Part shown: one piece after another, positions 26,915 to 40,882 of the stretch
How the letters are laid out: every line of letters starts with the position of its first letter
Numbering within the stretch: the stretch's first letter is position 1
Source of the DNA: Octopus sinensis
Lineage: Eukaryota
Reading direction: 5' to 3'
NCBI RefSeq assembly: GCF_006345805.1
Contig: NC_042998.1
Span: 118,482,001-118,546,000 of the forward strand
DNA: 64,000 nt
Position numbers and translations under genes: made by a program
The notes under the pieces: model-generated
The model's database searches: none
The model's input: only the letters and a program-made list of their open reading frames with translations
Told to the model about the DNA's origin: nothing

Positions 26915-27070
26915 TTCTTTATTTTCTCTCCTTGTTTCTTTCTGTGTTCCTTTCTGTGGAAGAGCGTAGGCTCGAAATGTTAAAGACTTTTTCACTTCCC
27001 GAGGGTTATACTAATACATCTATTTGTTGTCTACACCACCTGTCTTCGTCTTTTGTTCTTTTGTGAATTC
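26915..27070 (+). mobile_element. Penelope-type terminal repeat with a degenerate hammerhead-like motif (related copy on the - strand at 30010-30110)
   Basis: CTTT-ctgtgga-a-GAGC-gtag-GCTC-GAAATGTT-AAAG at 26950-26985. The 30043-30078 copy reads CTGTTGA-AGATC-GTAG-GCTC-AAAACGTT-AAAG. Confidence 0.6.
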
Positions 27071-27073
27071 TCC

Positions 27074-27136
<63 letters not shown>

Positions 27137-27559
27137 AACTTATGTCTAGTTAGTCTGATTTCATACTATTTTGGTGATTACACTATTTTCATTTGTATGA
27201 TGGTTTACCCTACTGATCATATTATGCATATTTGTAATGATTTTATATAAGGTAGTCTCCTCTCAACTAAATTAGATACTTCCTAGAAAGTATAAAATCA
27301 TATATACAGCAGCACCTATAATCTCTTCGGTCTGAATTCCTTCAACTGCCCTCACTACGTCCATACATACGACCCCTCTTTTCGGGCTTCCTTTATCTAT
27401 TCCTTAAATGAATTAGAAATGAATTACAATCCTTTACAAGCTATGACCCGAATGGGCTTTATGTGATTCTTGGAAGTGTAGTCTATTCTTAGCTACAAGA
27501 GCGACAATATGAATTTCTTCCATATTCTTACTATGATAAAGTATTTTAGAAAAGTTATA

Positions 27560-28640
27560 TTAATGCGTCCGACTGGTAAAAACTCTATTCATTTATTTGT
27601 GCAGCTGAAGATGACACTGCATTCAAACTGATGTAATGATTGCATTGTTTATTTAAATGAAACCGCTTGAAACGGTGTTCTGCATCACTACTTGATACCT
27701 TGTCGCTTATTTTTATGTTTATCCATCAAGTTCAACAGACCATGGATTACAATCTCAGAAAGTCCATGGGATCAATTGCAAAACATCTCCATGTGTCAGA
27801 AGTAATAGTCAGAAATGTTGTCCTCGAAGATATCAGATATGTTTTATATGATGAGAAACGTCAACTCGTCAGTAAAATCAAAAGAAAATCACTACATCAG
27901 ATCTAAAAGGCTCTAAAACAAACAGAAAAATCCAACAGAAGATTTGATTTGGTTTTTCTCAACGAGAAAAACTTCGACCAAGATCAGGGAATTAACAGAA
28001 AAATGACAGATGGTTATGTGCAGATCCTCTCAAGTTACAAGTGTTATGCATACAAAACTTCTTGCAACTGTCATGGTTTTAGGGGTTCTCAGCAATAGAA
28101 GACATGTGATGCCTCCTTACTTCTTTCCACAAGGCCTTAGAGTTAACTCAGGCCGCCTACATTGAGGTCCTGGAAATAATTGTTAAGCTCTGGATAGAGA
28201 GTGTATGTAATGGAAGGCCATATGTGCTTCAATAAGACTCTGCAGTATCACACATGGCTCTAGTAACACAGGAATGGATGACTGAAAATTTTCATGATCA
28301 CATAACCCATAACATTTGGCGTCTTAATTCCCCAGATCTCAATCCATTGGAATATTATATGTGGAGAGTTGTTGAGAGACAGGTCAATGAGCCATAACAC
28401 CAAAGATATTTTGAAAACTGCCATAGAGTAATGTGCAAAATGAACCAGGACCAGTTGATTCGAGCATGTAGATGATTTAGATCTCATACACAAGCAGTTG
28501 TTGAAGCTGAAGGTGGCTTTATTGAATAACATAGAAAAGAAGATTTATTTTTAACCTCATAGCATCTTTTGATAAAGTTATCTGTTATCATATATCTGTT
28601 TTTTATCAACATAATTCTGTCCTCAAATATCTTACGCACC

Positions 28641-28645
<5 letters not shown>
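27560..28645 (+). mobile_element. Decayed DD37D (maT-type) Tc1/mariner-superfamily transposon
   Basis: FFS(D)EKNFDQDQ, VMVLGV, VMPPYFFPQGLRVN, Q*DSAVSH, SPDLNPLEYY and EAEGGFIE*. There are 37 residues between the second Asp and the third acidic residue. Termini are degenerate. Confidence 0.88.
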
Positions 28646-28677
<32 letters not shown>

Positions 28678-28944
28678 TGTATGTGTGTGTGTATGTGTGT
28701 GTGTGTGTGATTAATTATTATTATAACAGAAAATATTTTCCATTCACTTCGACACAGTTTAGTCACTTCTGTGAGCCTACTCCATCGATTTCAACAAGTT
28801 GTGTACTACAAAACTTATCATTTTTAACTGGTTTGATGATTTAATGTCTAATTTCAGCATAGGAATGGTCTCTTCTATGACCTTAATTATCATTGTATTT
28901 TATACTATTATAAATCTCTCTCTTTCCTTCTCTTTTTCTCACTC

Positions 28945-28975
<31 letters not shown>

Positions 28976-29714
28976 CTCTTTATATATATATATATATATA
29001 TTCGCTTGTTATGCCCTTAACAAACGAGGCAAAAATTTATTAATAATACATTGTACATATATATAAACATGAACTGGTGAACGCTTTCAGTCATCCGTAT
29101 TGCACTGCCTGGCCAAAGTAGAACCCACTAGCCCAAATTAGTTACAAGCAGAATCAAGTCCGTTGCTATGGAGTTTGGAAAATAAATTTCTCGCCCACAC
29201 AACTATTTGATCATGAAGCGTCTTCATTTTTATTTCTGAATTACACGCTTCGATAGATCAAAGGATATCAGTGCAAAAATACGGCAGCAAAAATATTCCA
29301 AGCATCGAGAGATGATTAATTGACAGTGTTTTATGTTTGCCTTTATTCACCCCACCCCAGTCGAAAATTTTTTAAGCAAATATATGTTATTAGTATATAT
29401 GGGATACCTAGAACGTATAAGTTTAAATCGTGCTGATGTCGTTTTCTCCTTTCATTTGTATGTTGCTGAGTAAATACAGTACGTGTCAGTTACTAGGCCA
29501 GGTTTTACTGGATAAACCCTCTCTAAATTTTAAGATTTCTGCCTGTAATAGAAATCATTAATTATCATGAGCAGATATAAGTTTGTCTAACTTCTTGTGA
29601 TATTTTATATCTGTTCTGCACCCTGAACATTAACTCGCCTGTGTGTGATTTTGGTTCTTGTTTATTAAGAATTAGTTTTGAGTATATAAGTATATTTTGT
29701 TATAACTATTATAA

Positions 29715-29830
29715 TTTGTCTTTTACTTGTTTCAGTCATCAGACTGCGGTGAGGCTTAGTCAAACGAATCAGCACCAGGACATGTTTAAATCTGGTACTT
29801 ATTCCATCGTCCTGTTAAGCCGAACACCAA
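29715..29830 (-). mobile_element. SINE family B 3' part
   Basis: TCTTTTACTTGTTTCAGTCATCAGACTGCGG matches the family B tail. Confidence 0.75.
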
Positions 29831-30439
29831 TTGTCAATTGGTGGTGTGGAACAGACATAGAGACACACACTCGTGAGTCTGTACGTGCGCGCGTGCGTGT
29901 GTGTATGTGCGTGTGTGTGTGTAAAAAAAGGAGGTAGTCAGAACCTTAGGTAATTATTAGCGCTTTAGTCTCGTTCATTGAGACTAAAGTGTATAAATAA
30001 CAAACAGATGTATCAGTTTAACGTTCGGGAAGGTGAGAAAGTCTTTAACGTTTTGAGCCTACGATCTTCAACAGAAAAGAACACGATGAAATAAACAGAG
30101 AGAGAATTAAAAATCCAAATTCTGAGTGAGTATATGTGTATGTGTTTGAGTGTGCGTGTACAAGGGAAATATGTGAATGTTTGTATGTCTGAATCAGTGC
30201 TCTTTCAGTAACAAATAATGATCGATGTCACATCTCAAAAGGTAACCTCTAGATACCATTGAGAAATGTATTAATTTCATTTACTATTGAAATTTATATA
30301 TAACATACTACAATTAGCCGTCATTTTTTACGGTACGGGGCCAGTTAGTGAATTACAAAGGCGATGAAGCTGGACGTCACACAAATGAGAAGACGAAAGA
30401 GAAAAGAAAAAATATTATTCCCCTTATCAATATACACAA

Positions 30440-30670
30440 TTCTGGAGTAACCAACATTTTTTATTGCTATAAAAACGAACCTACCAATACTCTTACAAAC
30501 CCCCAAAATGAAAAAGATCAGGTTGATGAAAACCTTTTACGAAACAGTAAATGTCAATCAAAACATCAAGAAAAATACCTCACAAGGGCACAATTCACAT
30601 GAGAGAATTTCAGAATTCTCTGCAAAGGACTGTGGAGATAACAGATGTGGAACATGTAACAACTTCAAAT
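30440..30670 (+). mobile_element. Penelope-like thumb to GIY-YIG linker fragment
   Basis: KYLTRAQFT and KDCGDNRCGTC parallel KKILTKAKL and KKCGRSNCATC in the 14.7-kb element. Confidence 0.65.
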
Positions 30671-31062
30671 ATTTAACCATTCGGTGTGTATGTATGTATA
30701 TATCCAGCCGCTATGATTGACCGCTAGCTCCAAAAGCTTTTTCTTATTCTCTCTCTGTTTGGAGTAAAGATTGTTTGCCAACATAACATGGCAGTCTTGG
30801 TTTAGGACGAATGGTGTTGTAAATTATCCTCATGAGACATCGTCTCCAGCTGGCTGTACGATACGGTCTGTGGTCTTATATTTTCCAACAAGTGAATGTA
30901 ACACCCCCACTCAGCTGAAAAAAAAAAACAATATCTGTGTATCGAAATTTGAACTTTGAACATTTATGCTTCTTTTTTCTTCTACTTCATCTCCTCATTC
31001 CCTTTCTCCTGTCCTCTGCGTCGTCGTTTCATTAATCTATACTCTTCTCATTTTCCCTATTT

Positions 31063-31118
31063 GTCTCTGATGACAGAATATCACATACTCTGGGAAATCG
31101 CAGAAACAGCTGTAAGAC
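31063..31118 (+). ncRNA. Hammerhead-like motif with palindromic stem III
   Basis: GTCT-CTGATGA-(CAGAATAT-cac-ATACTCTG)-ggaaatcgca-GAAAC-AGCT-GTA-AGAC. The end resembles the 13.85-kb motif, with about 10 extra nt before GAAAC. Confidence 0.5.
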
Positions 31119-31365
31119 TTTGAATGTTTCAAATGATGATAACGTATGTGACTTGAGATGTTTGTCTTGTGTTAACGGTTGTTGGTCGTCCTTTTTAACG
31201 ATTATATATCCGCTATATCGAAATCTACATCGGCTCCATAACTACCGTCTCCACTATAACCTTGGATCCCCGGTAATCCGTTTACAGCACTTACCTAGCG
31301 TACTTAGTCGATGAGATCACCTTTGAACTAAACCCTCATACTTTGTATGTATGTATCTATGCATG

Positions 31366-31424
<59 letters not shown>

Positions 31425-34015
31425 TATATATCGGTTAAGACCAAGAGAGAAAATAACAGCTTCAGAGAGAAAGGAGTGTAAACCGTCGCTTAATTCGTCG
31501 CCTGCATGTCATAAATTAAACTAGAACAATATCTGTCTCACAAAATTAAAGAAAAGTATATTATAAATATGAGCAATTGAAATTATACGAAAATATTAAA
31601 GCTAAACAAAATAATACAAAAATGTACTTAAACAAAGCAGGATTTCATGGCCAAAATCTTTACAAGCAGTAAAATAACGTTAAAGATGTCTTCATACAGG
31701 CCGAGTATAAATCAAGTGTAGAGAAGAGAGATAAATTCACAATCGGCGCAGCCATAAAATATTTAAGCGGGTTGTTTTTATGTATTTCATTTATTTATTT
31801 AATTGTCGTTAGCGTTGTTTACTCGCAAATCTGGTTGAGTACATTTATTACATATCATTCTATGAGTTTTCCGGTATAGCGTATCTAGGGTCACTCTGTC
31901 TAATACATCATACCTTAAGACAGTATCGTGGTGTTCGAGAACACACAGGCATGCATACACGCATATTATTAAAGACATTTTAAAGAATTAGAGAAAATAA
32001 CAACTAGAAAGAACTCTAGAATCAGTGCCACATATGGAGTAGACAATTAAAGTTGAATAACTTCAGGATTATTATTTATAGATTTTTCTATTTGGATTTT
32101 CAGATTAGAAAGTGTGACGTTGAAAATTCAACATACATAAAATAAAAGAGCAATCGAGGTTAAATATTTAAACGAATGCCGTTTCTTCCCGAGACTTCAA
32201 ATTTATTAGTTAACAATCCTTCATCTTGTTATTTATGGCATTCCTGTCATTCTAACTGCCACACAATACTCTCTATTTGTGTTCCTCACAATTCTCTTTC
32301 TCTTTCCTTCTTCTGTCTGTCAGTCTCTCCCTCCCCTCTCTCTCTTATTCCATAATCAATACGATTTGCAATATATCTTAATGACATTCTAAGGAATGAG
32401 AGTTGGAAAGAAAGAAATTGTAATCCAGAATTTATTCAACATTTAAACAATGTGCATACATACACATTCACTCGCGCGAATGCACATACGTACACACATA
32501 CTACATTCATACATACAAACATATATACGCGTACATATATGTACGTGTAAACATATGTACGCGTATACATATGTATATGCATATATACATGCATACATAC
32601 ATGCATATTTTTTTATATAGCAACAACTTTGTTTTAGACATATGCTGAAAACCCGACGATTTTCATAATTGCTGTTTTCTATTCTCTTGTATATCGGCCC
32701 CTGGAAGTTCGTTTGAAAATGTAAAATTTTCCAAGTTCATTTTATCAACTTTCCCAAGTATTCTCTTCAGCATCATTTTCAGGACATGAACTGGAGTCGG
32801 CTTCTATACAGCTTTCAGTATAATCGGCAATTTCATTTATGCAGATTTTACAGCTAATCTTTCCTTTATCTAATTTTTAAAGCTAACAAGATGACCATTA
32901 CATCGTCAAACCTCCATGTCAGAAGGGTCGTACTTTCACCCTTAGAATTATATTCTATCGGTAAAGTGTTTATCTTGTTTGTGCTGACTATGTTCTTAGC
33001 GAGTTAATTGTGGCCTTGACGAGTTAATTGTAGCCTTGTTTCCATAATTTGTTGCCTATTTCTCTGGAGAATGCTATAAAATATGGATTTATTACTTTTT
33101 GATATTTTTTTGTCTAGCTTTCCTTTATTGCGTTCTCTAGATTCCATCTAGCAATAACAGAATAGAAAATAATTCCAAAACACAAACGTTTAATTATACT
33201 ATACATATAGTATATAGAATAATTATTTACATAGAGGATTTGTTTTATTGCTTTCTCCATATTTTATCGAGCAACACAAGAGAAAATAATTGCAAAATAT
33301 TAGCGCTTAATTATACTATATATATAGTATGTAGTATGATTATATATACAGAGGTTATACTATATACATAGAGGACATATCATTTTTAATGAACACATCA
33401 GAAAAGTAAATAATTTTAAGGAAGACCTAGAGAACAGTTTAACCCTAAAATCCCACACCCGAAACAAAACTGATTAGGCTGCATTTCTAGCCATGAACAT
33501 TTAAATTACAAAAACTGCATATATCTACTAAAAGGTAGTGAATGCTTACGTAACTGTAAAATTGTGAAGTTTGAAAAACAAAATTTGCCAATAACATATC
33601 CTGAAAATGATGTTGAGATAGTCTGGATGTATTGATAAAATCAATTTTTTCAACTCACAAACGAACAAGAATCTCATACATGGAAGAGAAAACCCCAAAT
33701 ACAAAAAAGAACAAATTTGAAAATAATCGTGTTCTCAATGTTCGTGTGCGTATGTGTGTATATGTGTGTGTGTGTCAGTGTGTGTGTCTTAGTGTGGTTG
33801 TGAGCATGTGTGTGTGTGTGTGTGTGTGTGTGTGACGTAGTGTTGGTAACTAAGAATGAGAGACATAGTCATTCCAAATGTTGAATATCATTGTCGTCTT
33901 AAACACCGATTATGAGGAGACATTTCATCGACGATAGTTATACTTGAAAGTAGGACGATGGTAGCAACACAGACACACATGCATCTATAAATGTTTTTTT
34001 TATAAATAGATAGGT

Positions 34016-34033
34016 AGATAGATAGATAGATAG

Positions 34034-34106
<73 letters not shown>
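34016..34106. repeat. (GATA)n tetranucleotide microsatellite
   Basis: Direct reading, about 22 units. Confidence 0.97.
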
Positions 34107-34107
<1 letters not shown>

Positions 34108-34839
34108 AGGGTCGACAGTGATTCCGATCCTTCGATTAATAACTCTCATCAGTCAGTAAATTAATGCTTGTTTTCCAAGACTTATATTCTTTTGACGGAT
34201 TTCATCTAATGGGTGGAGCAATGAATGCAAATTAGGTGTGGTATAAAGGAGTATGCTAGGAGAAAAAAGTTAAGGAAAAGAATGGGAGATTATGAGGAAA
34301 AAAAAAATACGAACGTTTATAGAGTGGATTGGGGAGAAAAGTGTGATAAAGATTTGCAGGAGGGGGTGTCTGATAGTAAATGATGCATAAAAAGCGATTT
34401 GACAGCAAATGATAACTTGGTTATATTAAGGTTAAGAAACCAGAGTTTGTTTATATGTTAATGCGCAGGTTCATTTGTGCAAGTATGAAAAAGTAGTCCT
34501 GAAAGTTAGATTAGTATAGACGTAGTAGTTCATGTTGAAAGTTTTGTTGAATCCAATAACGTTTTCTTTTAGTTATAATTATTGTAAACTACATAATCAT
34601 TCTACTTATGTTTACTGTATACTAAATATAAATAGACTTTTATGCAAAAAATAAGCGATAAAATCTACTGTAAAATGTTGGCAACATAAATTATATTAAT
34701 AGTCTGATCTGCGTGGCGTTCACATTTCATTCAACTTGATAAACAATATTTTTGATGGAGGAGTATTTTCTTGCATATGTAAACGTTAAAAGGCTTGAAT
34801 GAAAATATAACTTATAAATATATGTACAATATTCTTTCT

Positions 34840-35047
34840 ACTATACGCACAAGGCCTAAAACTTTCGGGGAGAGAGCCAGCCGACTACATCAATTCTGAC
34901 ACTCAACTAGTACTTATTTTATCTACTCCGAAAGACGAAAAGCAATGTCAAACTCAACGACATTTAAACCCAGAACTTAAAGACGGACGTAAAGCCACTA
35001 AACATTTTGCTCAGCGCTCCAAAAATTCTACCAGCTTGCTGCCTTAA
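34840..35047 (-). mobile_element. SINE family A, degenerate
   Basis: Ends in the reverse complement of the head (TTCTACCAGCTTGCTGCCTT). Confidence 0.8.
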
Positions 35048-35049
35048 AT

Positions 35050-35600
35050 ACATATACAATATATGAATTATTTCTTCCTGTTTATATTTTGTATTTTCAA
35101 GTAATGTATACTTTCTCATCAATATTAATTTGGGAGATATCCATACGAGTTGTTTTGTCTCACTCATGTCATAGCCACATATATCACATATGCGAAGGGT
35201 AAACAACAATCCAATTCTCTTCAAAAATATTTATGGTTATTGATTTCTCCATTAGTTATAATAGAAAATTACAATTTATATTAAATCAAGTCAACATGGC
35301 CAATGAATAATGACAAGCAATATAAGGTAATATTTTGTTGAACAATATACATTCCAGCGACCAGAAGGAATACGAGAAAGTCAGGTTAAGAAAAATACTA
35401 ATCCACGTTCAATGGCTCGTGGTCTCGCTTATTGCGCTAACTTTATTGTTATCATCAGCAAATATATGCTCACGGCCACTAGTTATATACGTGTGAGCTT
35501 AAACAATTTCAATATGCTAAGACTATACCGTGGAGTGATCGGTTTAGATATTAATTCAAAGCCAGTCGAGCATCAGACCTCCAAGATGTTTCTCACTAAG
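35050..35600 (-). pseudogene. Possible decayed protocadherin-like fragment (EC4-EC5)
   Basis: Same frame gives ADDNNKVSAISE (35459-35424), SLECILFN and LMEKSITINIFEEN (35255-35214). These resemble recalled ENTAAISE, EVTCDLH and LKTERKFSIQVMDVN, though the spacing is shorter than expected. Confidence 0.3.
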
Positions 35601-36222
35601 AATAGTTTTTATTATGAAGACATAGTATATTCAAATTAAAATGAAAAGAAGGTGTAATATATTAAAAGAAATCTGGCTTTCTTGGGTCAGTTAATCATAT
35701 CTCTCCCTGCTTTCTTTCTTTACACATACGTACACACATATCTATATAAGCATATTTATATATTTACTTATATAAATACATGCACTCAAACGTATACATA
35801 CATCTTGGCCCTCTGTGTATATACACACATCTATGTATACAGATGTATGTCTAGAGAGAGAGAGAATATAAGAAGTTGAATGATTATCGCAGAATATCAT
35901 TGATCAAGGGATTTTTTAAGTATATATTCAAAATCATATGTATGATTATAATTTTCATCTCAGGATTTTTCTATTCTTTCAAAATGTATATTATTTCCGT
36001 GTTTCTTCTTTTCATCTAGACGTAACCCAATTTAAATCATTAAAAATTTATTGCTCTTCTGTATATTGACGTTTATTGCTATGTGTATTCACAGCGGTTT
36101 TCCTAGATTTTCTTGGATACATAAATGCATAAATTTAGTTCTAAAACGGAAATTCTAAATAGTATATAAGTAGCAATAAGCATACTAACAGAACATAATA
36201 TAGTGCATTGCTTATTCTTTTC

Positions 36223-36428
36223 TTCTCTAGGCACAAGTCCCGAAATTTTGGGGAGGGGCGCAGTCGTGTAGATCGACACCAGTACGCAACTGGTACTTAA
36301 TTTATGGCCCCATAAGGATGAAAGGCAAAGTCGACCTCGGCGGAATTTGAACTCAAAACTAAAGACATTCGAAATGTTGATAAGCATTTTACCCGGCGTG
36401 CTAAGGTTTCTGCCAGCTCATCGCCTTA
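36223..36428 (-). mobile_element. SINE family A
   Basis: AAAGTCGACCTCGGCGGAATTTGAACTC...TTCTGCCAGCTCATCGCCTT. Confidence 0.9.
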
Positions 36429-36713
36429 ATAGTGTGTTGCTTATTGCCATAAGGTAGCACATTCTAAGAGTAAAGTTAAGCAAAACACGCTTCTTAACCA
36501 TATACTTATTGTGTGTGTCGGTGTGTGTCAGTGGGTGTGAGTGAGTGTGTGCGTGTGTGTATATAGCCTTGTACCTTCATCAGAAGTCTTGTAGCATGTT
36601 TGCTTTTTTGAGGGCCAAGATTTTTCATACACTCCTCGTACTTAGTTATAATTCTTGTACACAAAGATACGTGTATATGTAAATGCCTATACATACGCAT
36701 ACGGAAATATATG

Positions 36714-36752
<39 letters not shown>

Positions 36753-37374
36753 TTGTGTGTGTGTGTGTGTAGCAATACGTACAAGTAAGATTCATGGTCA
36801 AGGTGTACGGAGGTAGTAAGTTTAGAGCAGTCCGTGTGAAGTATAAAAAATAACATTCAGGAGCAATAGTAGTTTATTGACGTAGAAGGTTGAAACTTTT
36901 TATAGTCCATGGTTAGTAGCTGGGGGTTTTGTGTATGCGAATAAATATACAAATCTGAGAATCGGAGTAAATCAAACCTCCTGCTAGTTAGTATGTAATG
37001 TCTTGATAACCGTCATTTGACTAAGGTATCTTTGACCTGATGAGTAGCTAGCGGATTTCTCCTCGTTTGGGTAGTTACTACTACTAGCTATAAAATATAT
37101 ATAGCCTGGATCTTATCTCCTACATTCCCTAAATTTGGTGGATTATATGTGTGTGTGTGTGTGTGTGTGAGTTCGTGTATGCGGCTGTGTATGCGACTGT
37201 GTGTGCGGCTGTGTGTATGTGTCTGTGTGTGTGTGTCTTCGTCGTTTTCTCGCTTAACGATCCACTTAACTGGTAGTTCTGTAGCGTATGTATGTACGCA
37301 TGTATATACAAACACTCAGCAAAACACATAATATGGTCATTTACAAACATATGCCCACAAGCGCGTGTAAATAC

Positions 37375-37379
<5 letters not shown>

Positions 37380-37466
<87 letters not shown>
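37380..37466. repeat. (CT)n microsatellite
   Basis: Direct reading. Confidence 0.97.
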
Positions 37467-37469
<3 letters not shown>

Positions 37470-37949
37470 CACACACACACAAACGCGTGCACACACACAC
37501 ACGTCTATAAATGTTATATTTAATAATTTTTTTCAATTTTTCTTCTATTCCAATATGAACAAGTCTCCAGAACCGATACATATGTCCTGTTTTAAATGAT
37601 TTCTTCTCCTTAATTTCTCAATTTATATTCACTCTTGTGTATCCTGTTAACTTTAAATATAAAACATTCAAATGTATATCCTTTTAACTTTTGATATACA
37701 TCTTTATCATTAGACTGCATGGCTGCAGTTTAATGACTGCAAGCATTCTGGGGCACAGCCTTGTAAAATTTTAATAGAATGAATCTACACTATTACTTTT
37801 TTAAATCATGGTACTTATTCTATCGATTACTTTTGCCGAATTGCTAAGGGGGACGCAAATACAACAACACCGATAGTCAAGCGGCGGGTAGGAGGGGGCA
37901 CAAAGACACACTCACACATGGACACACGCACATATACAAACACACACAC

Positions 37950-38032
<83 letters not shown>

Positions 38033-38034
<2 letters not shown>

Positions 38035-39680
38035 TAGCAGAGATACCGGGCGTTGCCTGTGTTACATACAATTGAAGAATTAGACTTTTCTGTTATATTT
38101 TCTCTAATGAACTGGAATATTTATGCTTCGAATTTCATCAAAATTGCAGATGAAGGTTATTTCATTCTTTACAGACCCCCCAAAAATTGTAATCGTGCCA
38201 CATATATCCCATATTACTGATTTGTATGCGCATATTCCAAAATTCCAGTTTTATTGAACGTGTTAAAAAGATTTTACTCCTGAAAAATGAAGGTCATAAA
38301 GCTCTAAAATGTGAGAGTTAAGGCCCCTGTTGGGGTTGGGCATCTTAATATCAACCACAGAAGTTGAATTGTTGAGAATCTTTTTTACTTGGGTCTTATA
38401 TCTATTGTTTGAATTTCTTTGAAATAGGAAATATATGTTCACTGGGTTTGTAAAAGAGAGCAAAGCTACAGGAAACCAAAAGACGAATGATCACAATAAG
38501 CAGTCAGCTACAGTACACTAGACGTTACCAATCCCAATGTAGGATTCCTCACCATCCAGGTGACAGGCACAGCAGTAAGATGCATTACGAAATAAACATT
38601 AACAACTCTGTGACGTGAGGGCTAAGGAGAAATGAAAGTTGCAGTTTGCAAATGACCACTATACTGACATGTAACTGGGCATAATAGATTTACAATCTAT
38701 AAATGTCTTTGAATAACCAGTCACTCATCTGGGAAGGCCTTGAAATCAATGTTACCATCTGGAGACTATGCGTGATCCAGTGATAATAATAATAAAAAGA
38801 CTGAAAGTAGATCTGCAATCAAATAACTTTACTCAACACTTTGCAACTGAATCAGTGGAGGCAAAGATGCCTCTCATTTACTTGACAATTTATGCAGCAC
38901 ATTGCAGAAATCACAATGTAAGTGTATGTCAAAGCAAACTCTTACACTATTGTACCATTGAATTACAAATAATGCGCATATTCTATGCTTGGATGACCCC
39001 ACAGCTTCCAAGAGTACAACTATTCGTCTTTGCTTAGATAAAATGAGAAAATTATGGGTGTTAAGTCCCCATGGTGGTTTCTTTATAACTTGTAAGAAGA
39101 TGAAATTTTATAAATATTACTTTATTTGTATCTAATATCTATGGTTAAAATTTCATCAACAGCAAAAATATATGCATTGTCATGGAGGTTGTGGCCCTTA
39201 TGCATAGAATATAATTTCCAAATTTCGTAAGGTCCATTCAGTACTTTTGACTTAGTTTTGGATCATAAAAGAAATGACTAAAATTTGGGAGTTAAGGCCC
39301 CCATTTGGGTGTCTTAGAATCCTCATGTGAAGTGGAAACTTTGAGAATACTTCTTGATGTGTGTCAATAACCCATGGTTGAAAGTTCATCAACATTGAAA
39401 ATTTATGAATTTCCTTGGGGGTTCTGCCCCCTTTAAACCATCTGAAATTCAAACCAAACATATCGCATTATACCCGACCTTATGCATTGAATCTAAGTTT
39501 CAAATATTATAGGGATCCATTCAGTAATTTTGGTCCATGACGTATGAAACACACAGCATTACTCTTCTCCCTAGGCTTGGATTTTGTGTTCCAAATTTCA
39601 TTATGATCGGTGCAGCAATTTTCGAATGTATAAGTAATACACGAACACATAAAGACATTGTCTTTGATATAGTAAATATT
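38033..39680 (-). mobile_element. Non-autonomous Helitron-like element
   Basis: Minus strand ends ...AGGCAACGCCCGG-TATCTCTG-CTAG|T, a GC hairpin remnant just upstream of CTAG. Internal dispersed repeats (GAGTTAAGGCCCC, CCATTCAGTA) are present. The 5' boundary is uncertain. Confidence 0.55.
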
Positions 39681-39879
39681 AATGTACACATATATATATA
39701 TATGCGTGCGTGTGTGAGTGTATTATATATATCAGTTGTATCTATCAATTTATCTTTGTGTGTGAGTGTATATATATATATATATATACTCACACACAAA
39801 GGTAAATTGATAGATACAACTGAGTGGCCAAAGAAAAATATGAGACACAGCGTAGTGGGGTTTTTTATGTTGATAAGCC

Positions 39880-40190
39880 TGGTACTTATTCTATTAGTTT
39901 CTTCGTTTTGAAACCAGTAAGTTATGGGGATGTAAAAAAACGAAGAGCAGTTGTGAAGCAATGATGACTCTGAAACGCAGAAACAATCACACACATACAC
40001 TTAAATATATACATACATATATATACGATTGATTTCTTTCAGTTACTGTCTACAAAATCCACTGACAAGGATTTGGTTGGTCTGAGGCTCTAGCAGAATA
40101 CACATGCCAAGTCACTACACATTGGGACTGAACTGAGGACCATGTGTTTTGGAACGAAGTTTGTTACCACACAGCTACACCTGCAGCTGT
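39880..40190 (-). mobile_element. SINE family B, degenerate
   Basis: GGTACTTATTCTATT...CTTTCAGTTACTGTCTAC...GGGACTGAACTGAGGACCATGTG...TTACCACACAGC. Confidence 0.8.
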
Positions 40191-40255
40191 GTGTGTGTAT
40201 GTGTGTATGGGTGTATATACGTATGCACGTATATATGTGAATTTATATGTCTACA

Positions 40256-40300
<45 letters not shown>

Positions 40301-40440
40301 CTACTCATATACATGTATACATATACATCTTTATGTATAGAAATAAATGTATACATATACAGCTATACACACATACACACACACATACATAGGTGCATGT
40401 GTGGCTGTGTGGTAACACACTTCGTTCCAAAACACATGGT
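40139..40440. repeat. Degenerate about 300-bp palindrome centred on (TA)n
   Basis: 40139-40175 and 40404-40440 are 36/37 reverse-complementary, and the inner microsatellite arms mirror each other. Confidence 0.8.
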
Positions 40441-40549
40441 TCTGGGTTTAAATTTAAATTTAAATAATAAGGGTGAGAAATTGAATATTAATTTGATTGA
40501 TATGAATTGAAAACCAGTGGTGTAGCATACAAGACCATAGCGGATCTTC

Positions 40550-40882
40550 TTTTAGCAAAATGGATGTTCACTGTTAATGGTTCATCCCTCTTATATAATA
40601 GTTTGACTTTAATAGTTTCAGTATTAGAGTGAACGTATCTGACATTACAATAGAGAGATGTTTTTGTTTCACTCTTAACACGTAATACTGAAATAGTGGA
40701 GAAGATATGATATTGTTGTAAGCAAGAAGTTAGAAGTTTTTTGCCCGTGGCACTATATGGACCCTAAGTAAGGCATGTGTAAAATTTGAATGAAATTGGT
40801 TGTGTAGTTCTCAAGTTTTAGGGAAAAACACAGTGAGACAGACAGACAGACAGACACACATTCTCAGTTTTATATATAGAGA
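40550..40882 (-). mobile_element. Helitron-like 5' terminal fragment with (GACA)n
   Basis: Minus strand starts TCTCTATATATAAAACTGAGAATGTGTGTCTGTCTGTCTG, a typical TC start followed by a microsatellite. Confidence 0.55.

Noticed and set aside
32744-32870. 41 open codons on the minus strand (DKGKISCKIC...PENDAEENTWES)
   Set aside because: There is no convincing acceptor or homology, and the length is within chance expectation.
33001-33380. 20-bp tandem repeat and an imperfect about 120-bp tandem duplication
   Set aside because: Ordinary slippage-type duplications with no further structure.
36560-36620. CTGATGA on the minus strand
   Set aside because: No stem II or GAAA in the required order.
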